Source: Felis catus (lineage: Eukaryota). Taken from it: a stretch of DNA of 64,000 nt. Shown piece by piece: positions 1 through 15,750 of this stretch. Location of the stretch: contig NC_058368.1 in assembly GCF_018350175.1 (NCBI RefSeq), positions 147,810,001 to 147,874,000 of the forward strand, in the 5' to 3' direction. A program made the translations under genes and the position numbers. How positions within the stretch are numbered: the stretch's first letter is position 1; each line of letters starts with the position of its first letter. The notes under the pieces are model-generated. The model was not told the origin of the DNA. It saw nothing but the letters and a program-made list of their open reading frames with translations, and did not search any database.

Positions 1-1079
1 GTTTTACTCTCCCACTAAGCTCTCCAGAGTTCTTGGAATGGTCAAACCAGATTTCTTATATCATGTGTCCATACAGCACTTCCATCAAAAATTATATCAA
101 CTATCTAAATTTTCCCATAAGTCCTTTAAACCAATGAAAGTCTTTTCCATTATTATAGAACAGCAACCAGAACAATAATAATATTGAATACAATTAATAT
201 TTGTATATTTATTGTGTTTCAGAGATTCCCAATAGCCGCCGAAAACTTCTTTCTTCCTCTGGCCAGGCAACCTTTCAGAGAAAATTCTTTTGTAATAAGA
301 GAATGCTTGTAGAAGCTTCTGTGCTGACCTCCTCAATTCCAAAATCTTATATGGCTTGAAGAAGAAATTTTACTTTTAACCTGGTCTTTAGGGGAAACAT
401 TCCTGCTGATTCCATGGCCCAAATAACATATGATCTATAGGTTTATGCCATCATGACTAAACAGTGATTTCCTATTTAAATGGTAACTCATTATGCCCTA
501 TCATCATGATTATTCATATAGTGATATTAACTAGGCAAAGCTCAACTGCTCTGAGCAGATTAGCTACTCAAAAAGTCCAGTATTTAATATCACTCTTCCT
601 TAACATTTCCAGTAATTGCCTACAGGTTCTTACACCTGTTCCGAATCAAGCCTGATTATTCTGTGATGGCATGGAGACACAGACACTTCTTTACATATCA
701 TAAAACGCTTGCGTTCCTGGGTTATACTAAATTTATCTTGTCTATCACATAGTCTGGAATATTTGGGGTTATTTTACATTTTTTAAATTATAAATTGTGT
801 CAAAGGGCTGTTAGACCAAATACCAATCACCTAGAATGGAAGTCTTTGGAAAGGTCACATTTCCGATTAGTCCCTTCCCACTTGCCAAGTGACAAGATCT
901 TGGCCCTCATCTTTCTATGTCCCTACTGAACCTAGTAGCCCTGCTTTGTCACTTATTTTCCCCTTTTTTGGCCTTGTTATCTGCTATGCTTTGACATGAC
1001 TACTAATAACTCACCTGCACAACCACAGTGGAGACACTGTCAGTTTTGACACTCCAGGGCATCTTCTATTCTTTTTGTG

Positions 1080-1387
1080 GTTATCTTTTGGAATTCTTCA
1101 TAAAGTTGATTTCTGAAAGCCCATTCATTTTTCGCCTGCATTCAGGACACATATATCACACTGTTTCCCTCACATTTCCATCTGGACATTTAAAAGGCAT
1201 CTTAGATGTTAATTCAGAATCTTAATTTCCTCCCCCCACCCCCCCAACCCCGCAACCGTCCCACAGTATTTTCTAAAGCAGCAAATAGCATTCTATTGTT
1301 GCAACTGCTTACATAACAAACTTGGAGATACCTGTTTCTCACACACCTCACATCCAGTCAATGAACATATCCTGCCACATCACATTT

Positions 1388-1433
<46 letters not shown>

Positions 1434-2160
1434 CATTTCTCACTCTTTAACAGCTGCCACCATGATCTTAGCTACCATCATTTTGAATTTGGATTATTGC
1501 AGTATCTACCTAATTGATCTCCCTGCCTCAGTGCTTGCCCCTTCTACACTCTATTCTCAACATATCATTCTGAGTGATTCCATAAAGTTGTTAAAGAAGA
1601 TCATTTTATGACTCTTCTCAAAGATCTTCAGTATACTTCTCACATCATGAGCAGTAAAAGGCAGAGTCTCAAAGAGGATTATATGATCTCAAGTGGTTGA
1701 GCCCTTTGACTTCTCACCTCATCGCCACCACTCATATCCTCCCTGAGCTTCAGGGGCATCATCTTTCTTGTTGATCTTTGTGACAAGCAATGCCCCACTT
1801 GGAGGGGGGGGTGTTACACTTACTGTCTAATCTGACTTAAATATTCTTCTCTCTTTTATCCATATAGCTCCATTCCATATTGTTTTCATAACTGTATTTG
1901 TGAAAAAAAAACTCTGACCAAATAACGTAAATAGTAATCCCATATTAACTCACTCCTCCTGCATAATTATTACCTTTACTCTGCTTTAATTTCCTTCCAC
2001 ATAGATACACAAATACTTAAAATTTATTTCCCTGTTATCTAACTAACCATAGCATATAAGCCTCATGACATCTAGGTTTATTTGTTTTCTACTGCTATAT
2101 CTTTATTACCTAGGAAAATGTTTGGCACAATTGGAGGGTAAACTAAATACTTGCTAAGTA
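1080..2160 (+). mobile_element. L2 LINE fragment (3' part), degraded
   Basis: L2-like text (catctggacatttaaaaggcatcttagatg; ggattattgcagtatctacctaattgatctccctgcc) ending in an L2 3'-end-like motif (tttggcacaattggagggtaaactaaatacttgc). Boundaries approximate. Confidence 0.65.
1391..1430. repeat. (CA)n microsatellite
   Basis: Perfect CA run read directly. Confidence 0.97.
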
Positions 2161-5100
2161 CATTGAGAACAACATCTGGGGAATTATAGATTCTTACATA
2201 GTGACTAGGACTGAAAGAATAGAAGAATGGGATGGAAATTTTTACCTTTGATTTATCTATCCACATAATAAAAATAAACACATCTTTTTTTTAATTCATA
2301 AGATGTGTATGTGAGCATGTGAAGGTTTAAATGATCTCTGTATAAATTCAATAAGCTATTCATTCCATGAACCATTTTACAATGGCAAGAGATCAGTTGG
2401 AATTGTCATCAAAGGAACTTGTATAAAGGTCCTATATAAGGATAAACCACGTAAAAATGCACTTAATATCCTTTCCAACCTGACAAAGAACTATATTAGG
2501 AGGGTCAATGCCCATTATATAAAAGCCAAATGATAAATTCTCTTCGACTACCAGGAAATATGTTTCTCCTTATATCTTCCCTAACATAAAGTATATTTTA
2601 TTTAAACCAGAGAATGATATTATAAAAATATCCCCTTGTAGTTAACTTAGTTATTAAATTCAGCATCCATTTTACTCTAGATTTCTGGTTTAATTATTAT
2701 TTCCTATTCCTTAAATGATTTTTTTCATCTTCTATCCCTATTTTATAGGAAATTATTATTTCCTATTCACCAAATTATTTTTTTTATCTTCTATCCCTAA
2801 CAAACATTTCTTTGTTTTGGTGTTTTCAAACTTCAAATCAGTTGTATGGAATGGGTTTTTATAATAACCCTCTTTCAAAGGATGTGGTCCATCATATTTC
2901 TCCCCATAAGAGAAAATTATTGGATTAAATAATACTGATCTCTTCTTCATTAATAAATCATCTGAAGATATGGAGTAATAGCTCATCTTAATGGACAGAG
3001 TCAAACATCCTCTGGGCTAGTGTTGGGAGTTTGATATTCGTTCCATAAGTTGCCTAAACCTAACTACAGGCCATGGCACAGATTGTCTTCTTCCAACAAT
3101 GAGGTGAATAGATACTCTCTCTCTGTTCTGGCTCCCCTATTAGGGAATAGCAGTTCTTTAGTGTAGGCATAGTTGACATTTAATCATCAGAGTTTGACTG
3201 TGGATCCAAGCCTCATTCTCCAAGCCAGCTTTCAGAGCAAGCCTTATACTTGGACTTACTGAGCCAAAGAAATGGCAAAAAGTGGATGAGAGAAAAAAAA
3301 TCAAATAAATATTTAAAAGGGACAACAACAGGCCAGTACAATGAATGAAAACACATCCGCAGACACACAGCCCTGTGCAATTTTATATTCCTGGGGACAG
3401 ATTCTGCAAACGTCTGAAGGGAAGAAAGAGATGGTCCACATACAAAATGTAAGGAAAAATAATGGCTTTAAAGTTATCAATATAACACTTCTAGCAAACA
3501 CGGTGAAAAAATACTTTGAAAACATTTTTACAGAAAATGATACCTAACAAATGATTAAAGACAGAATGAAGATATTTTTAGAAATGTAAAATGTCAAAAA
3601 TTATCTCCCATTATCTTTTCCTGGAAGTTATTTGATATGCTTCAACGAAAACAAGAGAGTAAACCTAGACCATGACCCCCCTCCCCCCCAAAAAAAAAAT
3701 ACAAGCCTACATTAAACAGGATTTCACTCCTGGAAAGAAATAAACTGAGGAATATATGCGACACTGGTGAAGGGATAAATGATTGATGACAAATGCATAC
3801 CAGACTTAGAGCAGGCGTAGTTTGGTCTAGGGAAAGTCAGAAGCCTCTGGGAGTTCTTCAAGAGTTTTCAAGTTCTTCAAGAAAATTAAATCAACAAATT
3901 CTTGATGCACTGGAATACTGAGAGGGGACTTAAAGAACTGAATGAAAGTTGGGAGTTGAATTAGTGCTGTTTTCATAGAAAAATCTGCAAAAAGTTAAAA
4001 ATGAGAGTGAACTTCAGAGGGAGAATATGCAAGAAATGAAAATCAACAATATATATGTACATATTAATTGCATTTATATATATACACAAGGCAGAAAAGT
4101 ATTTACAGTATTAACATAATATTAACAAATACTGTTGGGAGAACCAAAAGATGATAAGGGAATGGATGGGATGGTAAGGAAGATAGGGAATGGTACTTAA
4201 TTATTTTTGTAATATACCCTGTCGAACTTTTAACTCCTTAAATTCTATTCATGTAGGTAAGATACAGATTCATCCTGTTCACCTGGGATTGCCCATGAGT
4301 ACATCTGTAGTCTTGGTATAATCATCAATAGCACACCATTCATTCTCAAACGATTCCTAGTCTGGATGATAAATTATAGTGTCACCACGATTTAGAGCAA
4401 AAGGGCTTATTTCTTGCTCGTGTTAAATGTAAGGGTTGCACTACTGCTCCTTGTGTTTTCTTTATTCTAAGATCTAGACTGCAGGAACAGCTCCCAATAG
4501 GATATGCTGTTCCTATGACAAAGAGGAAAGAACAAGAAGGCAACAAATGAACATATTGGCTCTTAAAGCTTCTGCTAGAGAAAGGCACACTGTCACTTTT
4601 GCTCAAGTGGCCAAGGCAAGTCACATGCCCAAGACTGCTATCAGGGGTAGGATGACAAAGAAGGTACTACTTGTCACAGAGTAATAAATCACCAGGTATA
4701 ATGTCTCTACAAAGAAAGTGGGTATAAGAGTGGGGAGCAACAATAAAATCTGCCACAGTAAATAATGAAAGTAAAACCTGAAAAACATACAATATGAATA
4801 ATAGCTAAATAACTGCTTTGAGAATTGGATGTGAAATAAAAATAATTTATATTTTGCTTTTTACTTTACTTTAGCCTTTATATATGTAATCACATTTGAT
4901 ACATTAATCATAGAATGTAGATTTGTTAATGTCCATTTTAACAGCTGATGATATTGACATTAAAAGGCTAAATAATCAACTTAATAATTTGATACAAATA
5001 ACAAAGTGGTCTTGTTACATATTTAGTTGTTTTGATCTTTGCAGATGTCTAGCTTACTGTCATACTCCATGTATCTATGTAAAACAAAAGAGATGTAGAA

Positions 5101-8100
5101 CCATGAGCTGCTTTAGGACCTTAGCAAATTTGAAGTGGTTTAAAATGAGGTTGTATTTCTTTTCACTGGACATGGGGTTGTACCTCATAAATGCAGTAAT
5201 AAATATTGACTCTTTGATTTCTTATTTTTAAAAATTAAATCTGGTCCAACTGCAAAGTTGTGTTGGGTGGTAAATGAATGATTATGGAATATACATATAT
5301 ATATGTACATTCCATTTAACAGGACTATGTGATTTCTGCTAAAATAGAGACTCAAAATATCTGTTTAAGACTCAATAATAAAAGCATATGAGTATAACTG
5401 TTGACTAAAATAAATCTTCTATAGGGATAAAATGTACTGATCATGTATAACAAACACATGAAGGAATGCAGAAGGTAATGACACACTTTTATAGATTTTT
5501 ATTTTCAAAACAAATTTCTACCCCTATTTGTTCACTTGACTGTTCATTCATTTAATAGTGTTTTAATAATTACTTGTGCCAGTGAGAAAACTTCCTGTTT
5601 TAAGAGCTCAAAATCATGTGGTGGTGGCAGAAATATATACTAGCAATTGTTAAAGAGTGATATACATGCTAATACAAATAAATACAAAAGGCCAAAATAA
5701 CACTTATGATGCACCTGTGGTTTTATAACATTTGAGTCAAGCAGAGAGTTAAGAGAAGAGTGTGAATCTGTCAGTTTGCTCTAGAAAGAGGCAGGAAGAG
5801 GAGTGGACAGCAGAGGTTAGATAAAATTCTTCATAGTAGAAGGAAAACACCAGACACATATATCCTCTTTGCAGTTTCTCTGAGATGAACCTTACCAACT
5901 TGAAACTGTGTACCAGTGAATCTTAGATCTCACTGCCTTGCTTCATCCTTCACTTCCAAATGCTAGATGTAGCAGTCTATGCTTAAGGAATCTCTAGAAG
6001 TACCAGGGAAAATAGGCATGATAGCTTCAATGCATAACAAAAAGACAACGCTGAAGACTCTGAAAGCCTTGAGCAAGAAATTCAAAACACATAGGAGGAG
6101 TAGAAGCAGCAAAAGTAGGGAAGGCCAGAAACTCTGGTGCCAGTAAAGGTGCTGGAAAGGTAGGTAAGGTCAATCACAGTAAGGCTTCTGATGTGAAAGG
6201 TAAAGTTTTCATTTAAGATTGGGAGGCTTTGGACAGTGGAGGAGCCCAGAATAACCAAGAAACACATCTACTACATAAGATCAATGCCATTTTTAAAGCA
6301 CCAGGATAAATTGGACTGCTTTGAATTTCCTGCTGTGATTCTAACACTCCCACTGCTCAGCTCTTCCCAAGTGAAGCTTTAATGGCATTACAGAAGCTTT
6401 TATTTGTCTGGTAGTATCTAAAGAAGGCTCTCTGTTTTCAGCAGCCAATTCAAACAACCAAAATAACTTGGTTGTTGCCTGTCTCAGACTTAAATTCATT
6501 GATTTATTAGAGATTTTTCTATTTTTGGCAATATTAAATTGTGAAATCATTGACTTTTCTTAATAATTTGTTAATGATATGATGTTATCCAAAAAACTGT
6601 GTTCTTACTAAATCTGAACAAACAATAAGCATGTTTGAGTACTTATATATATATATAGAAATAGGAACACATATGTATATATTTTATGTCATAGGAACAT
6701 ATATGCATATATTTTATGTCATTTGTGTTAAATTTGTGAAGGTAATTATTTTGTAGCCCAAACCACAACAAAACAAAAACCAAAAAACAATAAAAAGTAT
6801 CAGAGAACCTAAATGAAAAAAGATCATTTATATAATTTAAGAAATGCTTTAGTTTGTAATTTTTGCACCTAATGCTTATAAAAAAGAAAATTGTTTGAGT
6901 CTTTGATCAAATGTTTTTCTTCCCTGAATTACTGTCTTTGATTTTGATTATTGATATGTACTTCAAACACATTGATTTTCAAAATTCTGAACACTGATTT
7001 AATAAAAAAGCAATCAAAGCATAGTTTCATTATGGTTAAATAATTATGTAGTACTTCATGACGTGAGCTAATTATAGATTTGGTTCAAGGTTTCCATTTA
7101 TTTTATTCAATATAGCATCAGGTCTAAGTAACAAGTCTGGCATATTTGGAAAGCAAATAATTATTTATTTTCTATACTTTTTGTAAACTAAAATTAAAAT
7201 TCTAGCATGCTAAAATAAGTTTTGTTTCAAGTTTTATTTTATTGTTAATTAATAACTAAAATGCCTTGATTGAATTTTAATATAAATTTTAGTTTTATTT
7301 AATAAATAATTATGGAGATTAAATTTTATAAAAAGCAGGTCAGATAACATATGATATGTCAAAGTTAATAAATGAATCTAACACATAGGAGAAGGATATG
7401 CCAACAACTGTAATAGTTACATTATCAATATAATTATAGGTCAGAATTCAGTGTAGAATTCCCTATGTAAGTAAGATATTGTTATTATAAAGTATAGATG
7501 TTTCTTTCCTTCAAAGGAACTTGATGACTTGAAATATAATTAAGCTGATGGCATACACCTTACTTAATCATTTTACTTCTAGTTTCTTGGATTAGCTTGG
7601 TTAAATACCATAAAAGGGTATGGTTAGTGTCAGAAAATGAAATACTTTAATATACGCAGTGAAAAATCAATAACTTTTATAGACAATAAATTTAACATTT
7701 AATTACATTAACTCAAGCTATGTATGTGCTTATTTTTTCTTAAACATTTAAAATATAAAATACAAAATTAAAAATTTATCACAGTTTGAGTGTCTGATAT
7801 AGACATTCATTCTTCAAATGAATATTAATGAGATAATTCAAACCAAAAACATTTCAGCTAAATTACCTGTATGACTTCATTTTGCATTGATTTTATATTC
7901 AACATTTGTCTTTTTCATAATTGTCTAAAATTAAAAAAAATTACACATTAAAATATGGAATTCAGAGAATTAAGTGAATGGGTAATGAATTTAATCAAGT
8001 TTCCCTTAAACTTGACCCCCAGAAGACTAAAATAATTTTCACATAAATTACACAGGGAATTAATTACCTCAATTGACCGTTTTATCTTGCATCATTAATT

Positions 8101-8639
8101 GGAGATTAAATTCTCTGTTAAGCATTGTCAGGTTTATTTGTAAACATGAAAAATGTAAAAATGAATTTGAAAGTGAGTATTTTTTAATATTTTATTTTGC
8201 TTAAAATATGTCCAAAAATGCACAAATATTTTATAGTTTAAACAACAAAATATTTCCAGCATCTATGTAAAATGGAAATTCAGAATAGAAGGAAAGAGTC
8301 ATTTTATAGAGGGTGAGCCTGTGACTGTGTTATTCCCGGAGGGTAGCTCACATTAGTGAAAGTTGGTGTTCAGAAAGTAAGGGAGGGGTGGAGGGGAGAG
8401 AAGGCAAAATTCAAGGCAATAAAGTGCGAAGTATTTGGGAGTCAGAAAACCTAGGCTCTGATTGAGGTTTTAGCTATTATGTGTGAACTTTACCAAGTTA
8501 CTTAGCTTCTCTGTGAATGTTGATTTTCTCACAGGTAAATGCAAAAATGAATGCAATCTGCACATGGCTATTATGTGGACTGAACAACATATTTTCTATA
8601 AATAGCCTGATATCACGACAGGCATATTTCATTAAATAT

Positions 8640-8790
8640 TTTTTCTTTTTCTTTCTCTTTTTCTCTTCATTCTTTTTCCTCCTTTTTCTTCCTCTTTTCC
8701 TTCCCATTTCTCCTCCTCCACCTCCTTCTCCATATTTTTCCTCCTCCTCTTCTGCCTTTTTTCCTTTCTCGTCTCCTTCTCCCTTTATTA
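8640..8790. repeat. CT-rich low-complexity polypyrimidine tract
   Basis: About 150 bp almost entirely C/T; explains the spurious ORFs at 8498-8837. Confidence 0.9.
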
Positions 8791-10373
8791 TCATCACTAC
8801 TGCGAGAATGGGAAAGGGAAAGAAAAGGAGCTGCTGAAGTTTAGAGTCTGATGAAAAGTGAGATATAAGGGAGCCATTTGGTTTGTGCCAGGATAATTTA
8901 TTGTTTTGAAACCATTTGGGGACATATTAAAAATTGATAAATTACAGTGTTCAGTATGTGCTCAAATGCTACCTAAGACAAAACAAGATAATGGTTAATA
9001 AGTAAAATGATCAGTATTTCCCAGATGTTAAAAATTTAGCAAGGCACTCATAAAGAATGTATAATTTAGGAGGTATCAAAAATATTCAAAAATGTTATTT
9101 AAAAAGAATTAATTTTGTTTTTTCTGGGACATTTCATGGCTTTGGTGTGGTAAATAAAGACAATGAATCTGTGTTAACTACATCACTACACACATTTAAG
9201 TAGTATTTGTTATTAAATTGCATCTCCCTAGTTTTCTTAGTTTCATATATATGAGATAAATCTAATCAACTTGCTTTTGCTATACCATTGAAATGCTAAT
9301 CATCTGATTAGTACCTAGACTGTAGGCAGAATATAGAAGAGATCATGTATCTGTGACTTCTGCCAAATCCAGAAAATGTTCACATTACTAAATATTACAT
9401 ATTGGAAAAATATGGTCAAAATACAAATTATAATATTATTCATTTGATTATCATGATAATTATAATTGGCTTAAAATCTGCCTCTTTCTGAAAGCTATCT
9501 ATTTTTTTATTCTTGAAAGCATATTGGCTTTTATAATAAAATTATGTATGTGTGTGTGCACATATACTCATTGTATAAAATTTAGACTATAAAAAAATCA
9601 TAAAATGTAAAATAAAATTCTGTGTTGCAAACCAGATACAAAGAGTAAATATTTTGTGCACACCTATCCAAAATACACACATATAAATTTATATACAAGT
9701 ATTTAACAAATGGGATCATAGTGTCTACACCATTTTGTACTCTAAATTAACCATCACATTGTGTCAAGTGGTTCTCCAATGCTAGTGAATTGACTTACAT
9801 AATAGGAAAAATGTTCACATAGCATTCCATTCCTGTTTACTTTGGAAAGATGACTCTGTGAGAAGAACGACATTTGATAAGACAGACAGATAAGTTTCCC
9901 TAAAACTGGGAGCAGTTTCTTTCCAAAGATGATTCAATTTGTGGGTTAAATCTAATTGTTCCTGAATATCTAATAGTATATTTTCAAGCAATGTCCATCA
10001 ATCATTCAGTAGCAACTGAGTACACTATTCCTATACATTTCCTTGTTATAATTGTTAAACAAATGTTTCATATTCTACAGCTGTGGCAGAGTTCTTATTT
10101 TATCTGAAAATCTAATTATTTTCATGATTTTATTTTTCTTGCTTAAAAGAGAAGTATTTCTAAAAAAAATATTGAGAATGCTTTTTAAATTATTAATATG
10201 AAAGTGTACTTTAGGAATACAACCACAGTAATAGATCCAGACAGCATGTCTCTGGGTACTAACATGGTGCTTCGTAGTGCTTTCCTTTTAGGTAAAGAAA
10301 ATGAAAAATATTGATTCTTCAAAGCCATGTTAGTATAGAAAAGGTCAGATATTGACCCTTTGTAGTTTGAAGC

Positions 10374-10374
10374 T

Positions 10375-10429
<55 letters not shown>

Positions 10430-10431
10430 TT
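10374..10431. repeat. (TTTA)n microsatellite
   Basis: Read directly. Confidence 0.95.
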
Positions 10432-11729
10432 TTGGTCTGCAGATGGCCTATTCCTGTAAACATTTATTTACAGGAAATAATCAATTTATGAATTTTCCAC
10501 TTCAGTTATGAACTCTCACACAAAATAAACCTGAGGTTCAATAAACTTTACATTATGCTATTAAAAATAATCTCTTTGATCTTAACCATATCTATATCAG
10601 CTAAAAGAGTTAAGGTATTAAAATTGACAAAATAAAATTGGGAATGACTAAAACGTTAAGATTTAACAAGAAAGTACTCTCAAATAATACTAACAAATTC
10701 AATGGTAATATATTTGTACCAAATTCTTGATTATATTGATATTTCAAAGGGTTGTTTTGGTCAGTTGCAGATAATACAGATTCCCCAACAAAGTTTCATT
10801 TCAATTGCTAAAGAATCCTCTTCTTTGACAGATAATGCTTCCTTTAGATTGGCTCACTTCATTTATTAATTTATTTTTTTTTGGTACTTTTTGAATCTAA
10901 TGGTACATCTCTAGATCCTTATGCTGAAATTAAGTAACCTGGGAAGAGAAATCATCTTGTCTTACAGTTCTTCTCAAAATGACATACTTGGACTTTCTGC
11001 TGGGGTCCACATGTGACCCATGGGAAAATTCACTTATCTTTATCCCACTTCCACTATTCTGCAAACCGCCTTTCTGACCAGATCTCAAACCTTGTACTGC
11101 ATATCCTTACTCCTCAAAGTGGCACCACTCTCCCAAAGTTTCTATATTTCAAGAGGGGCTATTGCTCATTGGCACTTTTGGCTTCAAAGAACTCAGAAAA
11201 AGCAGAGTATCATTATTATTACAAACCTATTACTTTTTTTTCTTAAGAAGATGAAGTTAAGTAATGCTGGGGATCAAAACATTTCAGTGGCTGGGTCATG
11301 CTGACCAGTACAAAATTATCTCTAAATTGCTTATTCAAATAACTACACCCAAATATATTCAGTTTGGCTCTGAATTTATCAAGGTATGATAGGATTAAAA
11401 CTATTCTTGGGACATTGACCACACAATTTAGTCTAATGATTGGTACCTCCACATCCTTCATTTCTTCCCTTCTCTGCCATTTCCTACTGGGCTCAAATCT
11501 TACTCAGAATCCATAAAGACTGGAAAATAGAACTTGGAAATAAATAAAGCAAATAATATATTTAGACTCTTTAATATAAAATATTAGACAATGATAGTTT
11601 GGTTCCAGTTCTACCCTACAGAGCCAAAACTTTTTAATATAAGACAGAATCAAAATATTGGGGTTCCAAATCCCACCTGAATTTCTAAGTGATATAGTAT
11701 TTACTCTTCATGTATTTCAGTTAATACAT

Positions 11730-12170
11730 TATTAATTTATTACTGCATCACAAATTGTCTGTAAGTACCACATTAAAAAAAAAGGTGAATATGACTTCCA
11801 ATTTCCGTGGAACAGGGATTCAGACATAGGTGAACTTGATCTTCTGGTGCAGGATATCCCATGAGGCTACAGTCCAAGGTTCTGGCTGGGACTGCAGTCA
11901 TCTCAAGGCTGACTGGGACAGCATCTACTTCCAGGCAAACTCGAGGCCTTAGGTTCTCACTGGCTGTTGGACAGGTTCACTTGCCCCATGAACCTCTCCA
12001 GAGGACAGCTGATAAGACTAAAAAGGTATATAGCAAGAGAATGGATATCTATCACTTCTGTCATACTCTGTACATTAGAAGTTACTAGGTCTAGCTTTCA
12101 GACAAGGGAAGAGGACTGCCCAGCTTATGAAATCTAGAAGATGAAGCTGATTTGGGGCCATTTTAGATGC
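11730..12170 (-). mobile_element. MLT1-type MaLR LTR, degraded
   Basis: MLT1-like antisense text (ggctgggactgcagtcatctcaaggctgactggg ... tttggggccattttag). Confidence 0.6.
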
Positions 12171-12584
12171 TGATAGGTAGGGTTAATCATTTATTGTTCA
12201 TCAACCTTCTAACAGTAGACATATATTTAATACACCATTGACCATTTTTTTGGAGCACTGAAAACTGCTTTAGTTCTAGGGGATACCATGTTGCATAGTA
12301 CCTGCCTTAAAAGTCTATGTAGAATTCAGATATTAAATGATTCCTCCATGTCCATGAAGTTGAGGGTATGTGAGATGATCAAAGGGAAAGTGAAAAGCCT
12401 CCCCACTCAAAAATTTAATTTACAGAAACAGCTTACCATTTGTGATACAGAAATTTTATTTAAACATTTGATACCCTCACAAAGATTAAAAGCATTGCTA
12501 ATCTACTATTTTGCAGTTATCCAATCAAATAATTAAACAAAACAAAAACAAAAATCTACCAATGAAATAGAATTTCTTACAAAA

Positions 12585-13063
12585 TCGTTTCCTATTTCTT
12601 CTTTAACATATAACCACAAAGTTAGTGGCTTAAAAAAACATGGATTTATTATCTTAGTTCTGGATGTCCAGAGTTCAAAATGGGCTACCATCAGGGGATT
12701 TTTAAGGCTATATTCCTTTTTGGAGACACTAGACTGGAATCTTATCAGCTTCTAGAAGTTGCCTACATTGTTTGACTTGTCGGTTCATACCATCTTACAA
12801 GCCAACAATGACTAGTTGAGTCTTTCTAACACTGTGTCAAAGGGACACTGACTCTCATGCCTCCCACTTTCACTTATAAGGACCTTGAGATGTTATTAGG
12901 CCAACCCACATAACCCAGGATAATCCTCTCATCTCAAGGTCTGATGTTTAGCAAATTTAATCCCATCTTCAAATTTAATCCCCTCTTGTCATCTAACATG
13001 ACATATTCATTGGTTCTGGGAGTCGGATATAAACACCTTTGGGGGCCATTGTTCTATGTATGA
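12585..13063 (-). mobile_element. MLT1-type MaLR LTR
   Basis: Typical antisense MLT1: accacaaagttagtggcttaaaa...atttattatcttagttctgg ... ataacccaggataatcct ... tttgggggccattgttct. Confidence 0.75.
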
Positions 13064-15750
13064 CAATTTGAAATGTAAGATTTACTTGATGTAAGCTTGG
13101 ACTACATTTATACATCTTTAATATACACAATACGTGGCACAATTCTTTTAGCAACTTTAGAGCAGATCTATATTTATTTATTTGTTAAATGAATAAGTCA
13201 ATACATATCCATCAGCTTGAGTTGTTCTGACTTTGCTCTACACAAAGGAGCTAAGTCTCCTAGGCTGAGTATGAGTGGAGAGACACGGACACTTACGTTT
13301 TCGGTTCAGAATCCTTTTGACTTGGCAATCCTTTGATTGCCACCATTTCCAAATTATGTTTTCTTTGTTCTTTATTCTTAAAGTATAATGGGCACAGATG
13401 TTATTTAAGAAGATATAATGAAAATAAGAGCCACAGGAGGAAAGAAAGGAGTAACCCAGATAAGGTGAATCACCACCAGGAAGGAGCATTAGCGTAGTGA
13501 ATCAAGTACGCCATCTATCTTCTTTATGACCTAATCATCAGTCCCCTTTTCTCTACGGGTTCAATGACATGACTTCTGTTCTTTATTTTTCCAAGATTCC
13601 CTATTATCTGAGTTCTTCTGAGTACTACAGTGGTGCAATTTGATAAAGTCTAATAAATGAACTCCTTATTTTCCTGCGTCCACTTCTAAATCTATGTTAT
13701 CCATTTTAGTGAGTGGTCTCACACACCGTGGCTAACAAATGGAATTCATCTCTGCTCTTTATCCTCCATCCCCTTCCAACCCAATCCTGTTCAGTCCTGT
13801 CATTTCCACGCTTTCACCTCCATCTTCACTTCCTGAGCATACTTAGGCCTCGTTGGCTTGTGCAACTTTAATCTCTGTCTCTTCTGCTTCCCATTTGTCT
13901 TTTACATATTGTCAGAAATACATTTTCAAATTCATATATGATTGCAATGATCTTCTACATAAGTTTTCTCAAGGACACTCCATTCATTATAAACTCGAGC
14001 CTGGCATTTGGGGCTTTTCATAATTTTACTTGGAACTATTTTTTCAGATTTGTTTGCAATTGTTCCTCTACATATAGCCAGTATTCTAATCCCCCTGATT
14101 CATTTGCAGTTTACACAGCACACATCCTTACTTACATGTCTTTATTCAAGGCTTCTATTAAGTATGCCCTTCCTCTCTTCTGCTTCTTAGATTCTTATAA
14201 TTACCCAGGAAAGCTGTGATTCTCCTCAGCTTCGCTTCCCAGCTCCCAAACCAACTTAAGTAAAATCAATCCGTCTTGTTATTTCATCCACATCTATTTT
14301 TAAATCTCTATTATAACAATGGCCTGTCTCCCTCCCTTCCTTCCTTCCCTCCTTCCTTTCCCAGTTTGGCCAAAAAGTATTTAGGCTGGTATTTAACCAT
14401 CTTGCATTGCGCACCCTGATTTGAATTCAGATGGGATCCTGAATATGTGCACATATATAGTGTGTGTGTAGATATCTAAAATTAAACTCAGCTTGGGAGA
14501 AAAGAGCACTGAGTAGTGGAAGAATTCTCATCCAGGGATGTTATGCAAATGTACAGAGCAAGGTCTGGACAACCTTGTCAGTTTTTGAACTTTTCCATCT
14601 CCTTATCACTCTCCCCAAAGTAGACCCTCAGGACGTCCCCTCTCTGGGACAGATGCTTCCCTGAGACCCTGGAGACTCTCCTCCTCAGTGTGATGGAGCC
14701 ACCCAACACAGATTTAATAAATGTGCAAATAATGATGTTAAATGAAAAATAATGCACCTCAGCCTCATGTCATTTATGCTTTTCTCCCAGATGTGCACTG
14801 ACCCATTACTTACATCAAACTCAGACTATAAATCTTTGCATTTACATATCCTTGGAGTTCTGTGAGTCACACTTCACCTGAATAACTTTAAGAGGCTCCT
14901 GAGGGCAAAAGAGATGGAAAATTACATGTTCATCCAGAGACTAGATTACATCAATTATTATTACTGGGCTCTATTATCCTGCTACCCAGTCTCCCCTCTG
15001 TGACCATTTTTATTACATAAATTTTTTATTACTATTATTTTTTAATTTGTGAGTACTACGTGTGCACTATGGTGTGCGGTACATGACACAAAGAAGTCAT
15101 CACTCCTTTTCAGGGTTTTCCAATGAAAGTAATCAAGTTCAATACTTAGGCTTCAGTGTTATTTTATACACACATATACAAATACAAACACTGCACACAC
15201 ACACACGTCAGTAAACGAAGTGACTGAAAACCAATGTGCAAATAGAAAATGATTAATAGCTACTTGATAAGGACAATTTAAAAGGGAATATATATGTCAG
15301 TTCACAATTTTAAATCAGAGCAATTTTTTCTATTTCTATTTTTCAGATAGAATTCCGAATACTTAAATAATTTCATGGCGCTTTCTATATATTCCCTTCC
15401 GCACCATTACCACATATTCTCAAAGTGCCCCAGGTATTAAATAGTGTCCTCTCCTAGCTTACAACTAGAAAATGTCTCAGGTGTACATATCAAAGTCATT
15501 TAGAAGACAGTTGAAAAGGGGAAGTAAACTAGTCTACATGAGTTTCATAGAATCTAGATCTAGGTAGAATCAGAGTTATTAGAGAAAGAGTATTTGTATA
15601 ATTAGCAGGCCAAGAAAACATGCCATTTGGTGGAGGTTTTACACATTAAGTACGCTGGTACAAGAACTCATGACTGATGAATCTGCCGAATGGCATGCTT
15701 TATTTTCAGTAATTAATAAATACAAATGGGCTTTATTACAGCTGGTTTAA

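Noticed and set aside
8498..8837. Lys/Glu/Gly-rich and Phe/Ser/Pro-rich ORFs
   Set aside because: Artefacts of the CT-rich low-complexity tract.
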